NCBI GenBank assembly: GCA_050874585.1
Contig: JBNMKZ010000006.1
Span: 134-64,133, forward strand
Length of the DNA: 64,000 nt
Direction of reading: 5' to 3'
Source of the DNA: Verrucomicrobiota bacterium
GTDB lineage: Bacteria > Verrucomicrobiota > Kiritimatiellia > RFP12 > UBA1067
This document shows positions 53,101 to 60,319 of the stretch, in pieces. How positions within the stretch are numbered: the first letter of the stretch is position 1; each line of letters starts with the position of its first letter. The notes under the pieces were generated by a model. That model saw only the letters and a list, made by a program, of their open reading frames with translations, searched no databases and was not told where the DNA came from. The position numbers and the translations under genes are program-made.

Positions 53101-53240
53101 AAGGTCTCATTTACCGCTATCCCGATCGGCTTGACCAGATTCACAAGGACGATGCATCTGAAATCGAGTCCCAGGGGACGGGTGCGCGCATCTTCACGTT
53201 CGACCAACTGAAAGAGTTCAAGGAGTTCATCCATGAATAA
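50139..53240 (+). CDS. alpha-galactosidase (GH36-like) fused to a C-terminal right-handed beta-helix domain
   Basis: Contains GWCSWYYYF, IQLDDGYQ, GIEYVKLDFC (nucleophile region) and WINDPDTL (acid/base region). The C-terminal ~400 aa carry parallel beta-helix repeats. ATGA overlap with the previous gene, and AAGGAG RBS. Confidence 0.82.
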   Translation: MKGLMIGAVVGVAFSAIAGTTLEPGVQVDGRWLDAAAAKARGLVLTEQVLPEGRRVTLENRSGATVRPEELGWRKVGRDDFDVKGLKVYLEGWQMASPCGVRNWDDEPFDYSPGYLHNCVSTPSDFHPGERGRFLADYMCCFRRPDGRMRLYGFTTGKDRFGHFRMQLDAEGVRELFALSACDRAELTPGAVIQSETLVEMEDDATERLFAAFADRWADASGRRAKVETPIGWCSWYYYFSKVTLADVIENMDWLVAHRAKGFERVKVIQLDDGYQTALGDWLSANEKFPGGLRRYAEEVKARGFVPAVWVGPFMVEENAVLAKEHPDWLVKGADGRPASPLGWRGNHRVYVLDGTNPAAQEHLRTLFRTLRGYGIEYVKLDFCMIASSVKDAVYHDRTATRAQALRRGFEAIREGFGDDGFIMGCTVPFGPLVGLADAMRTSTDITPYWQGKNHQYAEAPNVPNVCRNIINHAYMNNRVWINDPDTLIVRDDATELTKNEVELWAEAVAVVGGSLLLSDRFSTLSPERMPLVTRALADAGRYQNPYPADRWERTYPTVWKALKDGRLQTATFDFTNSHSVSVSSAKGTWVEEAGIRKFKVGRSPVEAKAESAAAYERTPQALEIRVDESMTLDDVNAMEVPPGAKVLFKRGGVWRGQLQPRSGKPGHPVTYGAYGDGPKPVIEPSYDRSRAEDWTDEGDGIWSTRTGAAADIGNVILDHGAAGCAFKRGARAELTRDLDFWCDPTTFVVHFKSQANPATRWKSVELAEKVHCIDEAEMHDIAYEGLCLRYSAAHGIGGDGVKRIIVRDCDISWIGGGYLYYDKLGNGVRYGNGIEFWSAAEDVLVESNRIWQVWDAGLTNQSNADGVTQRNITYRGNEVWDCEYSYEYWQQGEGSRTENVLVEGNVFRNAGSGWGHRQRWNPNAAHLMFYDTTAQTTNFVVRGNVFSRSADTLFRLFNDWRASLTMDGNRWEAKDESVCRFHGRPTEGLIYRYPDRLDQIHKDDASEIESQGTGARIFTFDQLKEFKEFIHE

Positions 53241-54585
53241 GTTTCTGCTGTACGTCTCGGTTGTCGCCTCGATTGGTGGCTTTCTCTTCGGTTTTGACTC
53301 GGGCGTCATCTCGGGCGCGGAAGGGGCCATTCAGAACGAGTTCGCGCTCAGTTCCTTTTGGCACGGTCTCATCATTTCGGGTGCGCTCATTGGTACGATT
53401 ATCGGTGTCTTCACGGCCGGACGACCGAGCGACCGCTGGGGACGTCGCCCCGTGCTGTGGGCGATGGCCATTCTCTTTCTCATTTCGGCGGTTGGGTGTG
53501 CCCTCACGCCGATGGATGCGAAACTCGGACCGCACCTGCTGGGCTGGTTCCGTTTCATCGGTGGGCTTGCCATCGGCGGCGTGAGCGTGGTCGTGCCGCT
53601 CTACATCGTCGAAATCGCGCCCGGCAATCGCCGCGGGTTGCTCGTCGGACTGAACCAGTTCAACGTCGTCTTCGGCATTCTGGCGAGCTACATTACGAAC
53701 TATCTCGTCGCCAAGTACATGCCGCAGGTCGACCCGCGGATTGTTTGGCGTGTGATGCTGGGCGTCGAGTGCCTGCCCATCGTGGCGTTTATGGCACTGT
53801 TGGTGACGATTCCCGAATCGCCGCGTTGGCTCGTTCGTGCGGGACGGATGGACGAGGCGCGGGACATCCTGCGGCGGACGGGCGTTGCGGATGCGGAGGC
53901 AACGGTTGGCGAGATTCGTTTGACCCTGGCGGCGGCGGCTGGCGGCCGGGACGTGCCGCTTTTCCAGCGCAAGTACCTGAAGCCGATTCTGCTTGCGTTC
54001 TTCATCGCCTTTTTCAACCAGACGAGCGGCATCAACGCCATCAACTACTATGCGCCGCGCATCTTCGGGATGATTTTTGGTGAGAACTCGTCCCTCGTTT
54101 CCCTCATTGGCACGATGGGCATGGGAACCGTCAACCTGATCTTCACCGCACTCGCCTTTGCCGTGATTGACCGTGTCGGACGGCGTGTGCTGATTCTGAC
54201 GGGTTCGGCGGCCATGATCCTGATGCACGGGCTTGTCGCCTGGCAGCTGTCGCTCGCCCAGCCCAATGCGGCGATTGCCGTCTGCGGTATTTTCGGTTTC
54301 ATGGCGTTCTTTGCGCTTTCATCGGGTGCCTGCCTCTGGGTTTACATTTCCGAGGTGTTCCCGAATGCCGTCCGAGCGAAGGGTCAGGCGTTCGGGTGCT
54401 TCATCCACTGGTTCCTCTGCACGGTAATCAGCTGGGCCTTCCCCTGGGCGGCCGAGCGGGCCGGGTCGGCGACATTTGGCTTCTTTGCCCTGATGATGGT
54501 CTGCCAGCTCGTCTGGGCGATCTTCTTCATGCCCGAGACGAAGGGCGGCACAACCGAGGATATTGAAAAGAGATTGGGATTCTGA
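53233..54585 (+). CDS. MFS sugar porter family transporter
   Basis: Contains GGFLFGFDSGVISGA, GRRPVL, PESPRWL and PETKG, with 12 predicted hydrophobic segments. Confidence 0.92.
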   Translation: MNKFLLYVSVVASIGGFLFGFDSGVISGAEGAIQNEFALSSFWHGLIISGALIGTIIGVFTAGRPSDRWGRRPVLWAMAILFLISAVGCALTPMDAKLGPHLLGWFRFIGGLAIGGVSVVVPLYIVEIAPGNRRGLLVGLNQFNVVFGILASYITNYLVAKYMPQVDPRIVWRVMLGVECLPIVAFMALLVTIPESPRWLVRAGRMDEARDILRRTGVADAEATVGEIRLTLAAAAGGRDVPLFQRKYLKPILLAFFIAFFNQTSGINAINYYAPRIFGMIFGENSSLVSLIGTMGMGTVNLIFTALAFAVIDRVGRRVLILTGSAAMILMHGLVAWQLSLAQPNAAIAVCGIFGFMAFFALSSGACLWVYISEVFPNAVRAKGQAFGCFIHWFLCTVISWAFPWAAERAGSATFGFFALMMVCQLVWAIFFMPETKGGTTEDIEKRLGF

Positions 54586-54588
54586 GAG

Positions 54589-56637
54589 ATGTCACCACGA
54601 ATTAAGAGTTTGCTGGATCGCACGTTTGAAAAGGAACAGCGCGCATTTCGCCGCGATGTGGACTGGAAGCCGCTTCTTGACCGCTTTGTGGCGGAAGGAG
54701 TGGACGACGAGACACGCGCACGAGTCGGCCTTGAGGAAATGCTGAAGGCCGAGAAGCCGGCCTTTATGGAAGGGGAAAGAATCCACTTCCTGCGGACCGT
54801 CAAGCAGATACCCGACCTTCACACGGTGGCTGAGATGGAGGCCCGGAAGGCCGCCGGCACGGCTTTTGGCGAGAAGGGGGTTGTCTTCAACCTGACGGCG
54901 GATTTCGCGCCGACCATTCGCGACGGTCTCGACTGCCGCCTGGCGGAGATTGAGGCGCGTCTCGTCCGTGCGCACGCGGAGAATGATGCGGAGGGGATTT
55001 CCTTCCTCACGAACGCGGCACTTTCGGTCAAGGCCGTGCTGGATCTCGTCGACCGCTACCGGGCGGCTCTTCCGACGGGGTCGGTCGATTGGCTGATGGC
55101 CGTCCATCGGGGCGCGAAGACGTTCCCCGAGGCCCTTCAGGTGCTGCGCGTTCTCCACTATGCCCTGTGGTGCGAGGGCGAATACCATTGTGGACTCGGT
55201 CGGTTGGACCAGTACCTGTTTCCGTATTATGCGGACGACATCGCCAACGGTCGGCTGACGGTCGAGGAGGCCCTCGAATATATTGAGGAGTTCTTCATCG
55301 CCTGCAATCGCGACAGCGACCTCTACATTGGCGTTCAGCAGGGCGACAACGGGCAGTCCATTATGTTGGGCGGTGTGACGCGTGCGGGTGCGGAAGCCTT
55401 CAACGACCTGTCGCGCCTTTTCCTGCGGGCGTGCGGCGAACTCAAGCTGGTTGATCCGAAAATCAACCTGCGCGTCAGCAAGACGACACCGCTCGAAATC
55501 TATGAGGAGGGGACGAAGCTGACGAAGGAAGGTCTCGGCTTCCCCCAGTACGCGAACGATGACGTGGTCATTCCCGCACTCGTCCGGTGGGGGTACGAGC
55601 TGGAGGATGCGCGGGACTATTCGGTTGCCGCGTGCTGGGAGTTCCTGATTCCCGGTTGTGGACTCGACATCGACAACATTGACGCGGTCTCGTTCGTCGG
55701 CAGCCTCGATGCGGCCCTGCGTACGCCCTGTGCGACATACGAGGAGGTTGAGAAGGCCTTCTTCGCCGAAATCCAGCGTCGGGCGGATGCCCTGGTCGAG
55801 AAGTATCGCCATGTGGAGATTCTGCCGGGGCCGTTCGTCTCGGTCATTTCGACCGGTTGCATCGACCGCGCCCGCGACATTTGCCAGGGTGCGAAGTACA
55901 ACAACTTCGGTATTCACGGCACGGGTATCGCCGTGGCCGTCGATTCGCTCGCCTCCGTTCGTGAGCTCGTCTTTGAGCGCAAGCTGGTGACGCTGGCCGA
56001 ACTCGTCCGCCTGATGGATACCGACTTTGCCGGTCGGCCCGACGTACTCGCGGCGGCAAAGGCCGCGCCGAAGATGGGAAATGCCGATTCGCGTGTGGAT
56101 GACATTGCCAAACGCCTGCTGGCCTTCTGGGGACATGCCTTTGACGGCAAGCGCAACGATCGCGGCGGCATCTTCCGTCCGGGTACGGGGAGTGCGATGT
56201 ACTACATTTGGCATGCGCGTGAAGTCCCGGCGAGTGCCGACGGACGGCTCAGGGGTGAGCCGCTTTCGGCGAACTATGCGCCGTCGCTGGACGCGTCGGT
56301 CAAGGGGCCGATTAGCGTCATCCGCAGTTTTACGGAGCCGGACCTCATGCCCGTCTGCAACGGCGGTCCGCTGACCATTGAGATTCACGACTCGGCGTTT
56401 GCCTTCCCGGACGGTGTCGAGAAAGTGGCGCATCTCGTGAAGTTCTTCGTGGATCGCGGGGGACACCAGATGCAGATCAACACGATCAACCGGGAGACCC
56501 TGCTTGATGCGCAGGCGCATCCCGAACGCCATCGTCACCTGATTGTGCGCGTTTGGGGATGGTCGGGGTACTTCGTGGAACTCGACAAGTGCTTCCAGGA
56601 CCAGATCATCAAGCGCGTGGAACTCGCCGCCTCATGA
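54589..56637 (+). CDS. glycyl radical enzyme, PFL2/dehydratase-like, short form (682 aa)
   Basis: C-terminal glycyl radical motif LIVRVWGWSGYFVEL (Gly at 56557-56559). Cys loop is VAACWEF (Cys 55633-55635, Glu two residues later). Also GRLDQYLFPYY and FPQYANDD. Confidence 0.88.
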   Translation: MSPRIKSLLDRTFEKEQRAFRRDVDWKPLLDRFVAEGVDDETRARVGLEEMLKAEKPAFMEGERIHFLRTVKQIPDLHTVAEMEARKAAGTAFGEKGVVFNLTADFAPTIRDGLDCRLAEIEARLVRAHAENDAEGISFLTNAALSVKAVLDLVDRYRAALPTGSVDWLMAVHRGAKTFPEALQVLRVLHYALWCEGEYHCGLGRLDQYLFPYYADDIANGRLTVEEALEYIEEFFIACNRDSDLYIGVQQGDNGQSIMLGGVTRAGAEAFNDLSRLFLRACGELKLVDPKINLRVSKTTPLEIYEEGTKLTKEGLGFPQYANDDVVIPALVRWGYELEDARDYSVAACWEFLIPGCGLDIDNIDAVSFVGSLDAALRTPCATYEEVEKAFFAEIQRRADALVEKYRHVEILPGPFVSVISTGCIDRARDICQGAKYNNFGIHGTGIAVAVDSLASVRELVFERKLVTLAELVRLMDTDFAGRPDVLAAAKAAPKMGNADSRVDDIAKRLLAFWGHAFDGKRNDRGGIFRPGTGSAMYYIWHAREVPASADGRLRGEPLSANYAPSLDASVKGPISVIRSFTEPDLMPVCNGGPLTIEIHDSAFAFPDGVEKVAHLVKFFVDRGGHQMQINTINRETLLDAQAHPERHRHLIVRVWGWSGYFVELDKCFQDQIIKRVELAAS

Positions 56638-57398
56638 CGGGACGGGTCTTCGAGATTCGCGAATTTACCCTCCAGGACGGGCCGGGCATCCGCACGACCG
56701 TCTTTTTCAAGGGCTGTCCGCTGAAGTGCGCCTGGTGCCACAATCCGGAAGGGCAGTCCCACGAGATCGAGTTCATGACGCGTCCCTCGGGGGAAAAGGT
56801 CCGGTGCGGGGCGGATTGGACGGCGGAAGCCCTGGCCACCGAACTCCTGCGGAATGCGGACATCATGTCCGCCTCGGGCGGCGGCATCACCTTTTCGGGT
56901 GGCGAACCCCTGATGCAGGCCGAATTTCTCCTTTCGCTCATTGACGCGATTCGGTCGCGCCCGGAGTCGAAGGGCGTTGGGCTTGCAATTGAGACGAGCG
57001 GCTACTGCCCTCAGTCGACCTACGCGGCGGTTGTTTCGCGGCTCGATTTCGTCTATCAGGACCTGAAGCATCATTCAGTGGCGGACTTTCGGAAATGGAC
57101 GGGTGGCGACCTTGGGGTCGTTTTGGAGAACATCGCCTGGCTGAAGGCGAGTGGCATCGCCTACCGCATTCGCGTACCGCTGATCCCGGGGGTAAACGAT
57201 GCTCCGGCCGACCGTGCCGCCTTGGAGAATCTGATTGGCGATTCACCCGTCGAGTGGCTGCCCTATAACGCGGCGGCTGGTGCCAAGTACCCCCTCTTGG
57301 GGCGGACCTATCCTCTCGCGGCGGAATTCCGATGCCCGTCGGATGGAATTCTGATGCCCGTCGGAAAAATTTCTGATGGGCATCAGAAAACGCTCTGA
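56634..57398 (+). CDS. glycyl-radical enzyme activating protein (radical SAM)
   Basis: GPGIRTTVFFKGCPLKCAWCHNPE (CX3CX2C) and GGITFSGGEPL. In-frame ATG 56634 overlaps the GRE stop (ATGA). The last ~24 codons lie in the 22-bp repeat array. Confidence 0.9.
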   Translation: MTGRVFEIREFTLQDGPGIRTTVFFKGCPLKCAWCHNPEGQSHEIEFMTRPSGEKVRCGADWTAEALATELLRNADIMSASGGGITFSGGEPLMQAEFLLSLIDAIRSRPESKGVGLAIETSGYCPQSTYAAVVSRLDFVYQDLKHHSVADFRKWTGGDLGVVLENIAWLKASGIAYRIRVPLIPGVNDAPADRAALENLIGDSPVEWLPYNAAAGAKYPLLGRTYPLAAEFRCPSDGILMPVGKISDGHQKTL

Positions 57399-57458
57399 TG
57401 GGCATCAGAAAGGACGCCAATGCCCATTAGACGGGGCGGAGTTCCCCACGGGCAGGTT
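57327..57458. repeat. 22-bp phased palindromic array (homologous to 13535-13622)
   Basis: Cores TGCCCG 57333, TGCCCG 57355, TGGGCA 57377, TGGGCA 57399, TGCCCA 57421 and degenerate TCCCCA 57443. Arms include TTCCGA/TCGGA and TTCTGA/TCAGAA. Confidence 0.85.
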
Positions 57459-57482
57459 GGATGCCTCTCGCGCGCATATTTT

Positions 57483-57491
57483 TGGTATAAT
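57483..57491 (+). promoter_or_regulatory. extended -10 promoter TGGTATAAT (leaderless configuration)
   Basis: Sequence ATTTTTGGTATAAT, with TATAAT at 57486-57491. There are 7 nt between the box and ATG 57499. Confidence 0.6.
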
Positions 57492-57498
57492 ACGGCCC

Positions 57499-57777
57499 AT
57501 GAAACGAAGTGAATTGGAGGAGGAGATTCGGCAGGTCATTCTGTCTTCCGTAGAGGTTGACGGACTGACTGCGGCGGATCTGGCGGCCGATCAACCGCTC
57601 TTTGGGGACGGGATCGGCTTGGATAGCATTGATGCACTGGAAATCGGCGCCGCGCTCCGTAAGAAGTATCAGGTCAAGTTTAAGGCGAATTCCAGCGAGA
57701 ATCGCGTCCATTTCCGGACGATTGCCTCGTTGGCGGACTTTATCGCCGCGAATGCCGGGATTACCATTGAGGACTGA
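57499..57777 (+). CDS. acyl carrier protein (first of tandem pair)
   Basis: 92 aa, with GLDSIDALE (phosphopantetheine Ser). In-frame ATG 57499 chosen over 57376, which runs through the repeat array and the promoter. Confidence 0.85.
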   Translation: MKRSELEEEIRQVILSSVEVDGLTAADLAADQPLFGDGIGLDSIDALEIGAALRKKYQVKFKANSSENRVHFRTIASLADFIAANAGITIED

Positions 57778-57779
57778 AA

Positions 57780-58037
57780 ATGAAGACAAAAGAAGAGATT
57801 TTGGAAGCGATTAAGGGCGTTTTGGTCAGCGAATTCGAGTGCGACCCCGCATCGCTCGTGCCCGAGGCGCGGCTTTATGAGGATCTTGACCTCGACAGCA
57901 TCGACGCGGTCGACCTGATCGTCAGGCTTCAGAACCAGACGAAGCTGAAGGTCAAGGCCGAGGACTTCAAGTCGATTCGCACGTTGGGCGACGTCGCCGG
58001 GGTAATCGAGAAACTGATGATTGAGCAGGGGAAGTGA
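57780..58037 (+). CDS. acyl carrier protein (second of tandem pair)
   Basis: 85 aa, with DLDSIDAVD. Starts 2 nt after the first ACP stop. Confidence 0.85.
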   Translation: MKTKEEILEAIKGVLVSEFECDPASLVPEARLYEDLDLDSIDAVDLIVRLQNQTKLKVKAEDFKSIRTLGDVAGVIEKLMIEQGK

Positions 58038-58414
58038 TGAAGCGAGTCCTGCCGGCTCTTCTGGTCGTCTGGGCGCTTTACTTCCTGAAGGCAAGGGTCT
58101 GGTTTCGCCTTTATCCGGCGGTCATGGTTGCCCTTGCCCTCGTTCTTTTTTCCGTTTCGCTCTTTCGCACGCCGTTTGTGGAGGTTTTTGCCCGCAAGAT
58201 GGGGGAGAAACTGGACGCGAGGGGCGTCTTGTATTGCCGAAAGGTGACGCGGGTGTGGGTCGCCTTCCTCTCCGTTCACCTGGTTGTGACGGTCGCCACT
58301 GTTTTCCTCTCGCGTGAGATTTGGGTGTTTTACAACGGTTTTCTCTCCTATGTCCTGATGGGGTCGCTTCTACTCGGCGAGCGGCTGTATCGGCGAAAGG
58401 TTCATCGTGTCTGA
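58034..58414 (+). CDS. small integral membrane protein (APE-cluster COG4648-like position)
   Basis: Four hydrophobic segments. GTG 58034 or ATG 58037 overlaps the ACP stop. Assignment rests on position within the cluster. Confidence 0.6.
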   Translation: MMKRVLPALLVVWALYFLKARVWFRLYPAVMVALALVLFSVSLFRTPFVEVFARKMGEKLDARGVLYCRKVTRVWVAFLSVHLVVTVATVFLSREIWVFYNGFLSYVLMGSLLLGERLYRRKVHRV

Positions 58415-59723
58415 TGTCATATTCAAAACGTCCGGCTCCACGGGGGCGGCGAAGGAAATCGTCCGTAGCGAGGAGTCGCTCCTGTCGGATGCAAGGTCGC
58501 TCGTCAAGGCGTTTCCGGATGTCTGGGCGGGGGCTCCTGAGGTCGTCTCGTCGGTCCCGACCAATCATATGTACGGGGCGCTTTGGCGCGTCCGCGCCCC
58601 ATCTGTTGCGGGGTGTCGGGTCAATCCTGCCGTGCTGCTGTCGGTCGAGGAACTGATGGAAGCCTGCCGTGGGGCGGCGCGGGCCGTTTTCGTGACGACA
58701 CCCTCCTTTCTTGAAAAGGCGTTGCTTCATCCAGATTTTGCACATTTAAGGGGACGGCTGACGGCCATTGTCACGGCTGGCAGTGAACTCCGCGAGGGGA
58801 CGGCCTTGGCCGTTGCCGATGTGGTTGGGGTGTGCCCGCTGGAGATTTTCGGGAGCACCGAGACGGGAACCGTGGCCTGGCGGCGGCGGACGGAAGGGGA
58901 CGAGTGGACGCTCGTCGAAGGCGTGTCGGCACGATTGGCGGACGGGGGCGGACTTGAGGTTGATTCGCCGTTCGCGATGAGCCGCCCGTACGTGATGTCC
59001 GATGGTGTGGAATTTACGGCGGCCAACCGCTTTCGCCTGCGGGGTCGGCTCGATCGGCGCGTCAAGATTCTGGAGGAGTTCGTCTCGCTCCCGGCGGTTG
59101 AGGCGGCGTTGGAGGCGTTGCCGCTCGTGGCGCAGGCGCGTGTCGAGGCCTATGGCGCGGATGTTCCTCGGTTAGGGGCTGTCCTCGTCCTGACGGAACG
59201 GGGCGTGAACATCCTCAGGCGGTCGACCTACGCCGAGTTGAGCGGCCAAATCCGCCGCGACTTGTTTGCAACCTTGCCGGGGATTGCCGTTCCTCGGCGC
59301 TTCCGTTTTGTGCGCGAATTGCCCGTCAATGAGCGCGGCAAGACGGCGGCGGGGGATGTTCGGGCGATCCTTTCGGCGAATTGGCAGGAGCCGGTCGTCT
59401 TCGACTGGACGCTTGCGCCGGGCGAACTTTCGACCAACCTCGTCTTTCCGCCCGATTCCGAGTGCTTTCGCGGACATTTCCCCAGCTTTCCGATTCTGCC
59501 GGGGGTGGCGCAGCTCTTCTACGTCTGCCATTTTGCGCGGCAGGTCTTCCCCGACTTCCCCACGACGCAGACCTATCGGCGGCTGAAGTTCCAGAAGGTC
59601 GTCTTTCCGGCGGATGTCATCCGCCTGACCGTGGCGCGGCGTTCGGAAGGGGGCTTTTCCTTCGCTCTCGTGGGGGAACATGGCCCATGCGCCTCGGGAC
59701 TGATTGAGGAGACGTGCCGATGA
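58407..59723 (+). CDS. AMP-dependent ligase fused to FabA/FabZ-like hotdog dehydratase
   Basis: KTSGSTGAAKEIV (AMP-binding), FGSTETG and NERGKT. C-terminal FRGHFPSFPILPGVAQL is the hotdog dehydratase motif. Confidence 0.82.
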   Translation: MSDVIFKTSGSTGAAKEIVRSEESLLSDARSLVKAFPDVWAGAPEVVSSVPTNHMYGALWRVRAPSVAGCRVNPAVLLSVEELMEACRGAARAVFVTTPSFLEKALLHPDFAHLRGRLTAIVTAGSELREGTALAVADVVGVCPLEIFGSTETGTVAWRRRTEGDEWTLVEGVSARLADGGGLEVDSPFAMSRPYVMSDGVEFTAANRFRLRGRLDRRVKILEEFVSLPAVEAALEALPLVAQARVEAYGADVPRLGAVLVLTERGVNILRRSTYAELSGQIRRDLFATLPGIAVPRRFRFVRELPVNERGKTAAGDVRAILSANWQEPVVFDWTLAPGELSTNLVFPPDSECFRGHFPSFPILPGVAQLFYVCHFARQVFPDFPTTQTYRRLKFQKVVFPADVIRLTVARRSEGGFSFALVGEHGPCASGLIEETCR

Positions 59724-60319
59724 AGCGGTTCTTGTTTCTTCTGTCCGTTGTTGGGCTGTCCGTCGCCTCCGCTTGTGCGGAGGCATTGCCCGTACGCTGT
59801 GTGGAGGCCTTTCGTCGGGCATTAGACGCGGATGCCGCGTGGACGCTTGAGCGCCGCTTGGCGGGGTCCGAGCGGACGCTTGTCTCAACGGGACTTGTCT
59901 CCTGTGCCGCCGGGCGCGGCATCGTCTGGGATGTGCGCGCACCATTTCCCTCCGTCGTGCACATGACGACGAACGCCATGGTTTTTGTGGATGAGGACGG
60001 ACGGCGCGAGAAGACGCTGGACGACTTGCCGCACTATGCCGAAATCCGCGCCCTGACGGATGCATTCGTCGCCGGGGACGAGAAGGCCTTCGACGGGGTG
60101 TTTGAACTGGAGGCGGAAGCACAGGCATCTGACGGATGGCGGATTCGTCTGGTGCCGGAGGTTCGAGCCATGCGTCGGCTTTTCGCCAGCATCGAGCTCG
60201 CGGGGGCCGAGACGCTGACCAACGTTGTCCTGAAATCGGGGGACGGCGGAACATCGACCATCCGCTTTCGTGAGCTGTCGCGGGGTGGGCATCTCCTCTG
60301 GAAGGATTCCGTGCCGTGA
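59720..60319 (+). CDS. LolA-like lipoprotein-carrier family protein (tentative)
   Basis: Signal peptide MKRFLFLLSVVGLSVASACA, about 200 aa. It occupies the LolA-like slot of aryl-polyene clusters. ATGA overlap (the alternative GTG 59714 is also possible). Confidence 0.5.
   Translation: MKRFLFLLSVVGLSVASACAEALPVRCVEAFRRALDADAAWTLERRLAGSERTLVSTGLVSCAAGRGIVWDVRAPFPSVVHMTTNAMVFVDEDGRREKTLDDLPHYAEIRALTDAFVAGDEKAFDGVFELEAEAQASDGWRIRLVPEVRAMRRLFASIELAGAETLTNVVLKSGDGGTSTIRFRELSRGGHLLWKDSVP

Noticed and set aside
57376-57498. Upstream extension of the first ACP ORF (133-aa version)
   Set aside because: The extension is read through the 22-bp repeat array and the TGGTATAAT promoter. ATG 57499 gives a normal 92-aa ACP.
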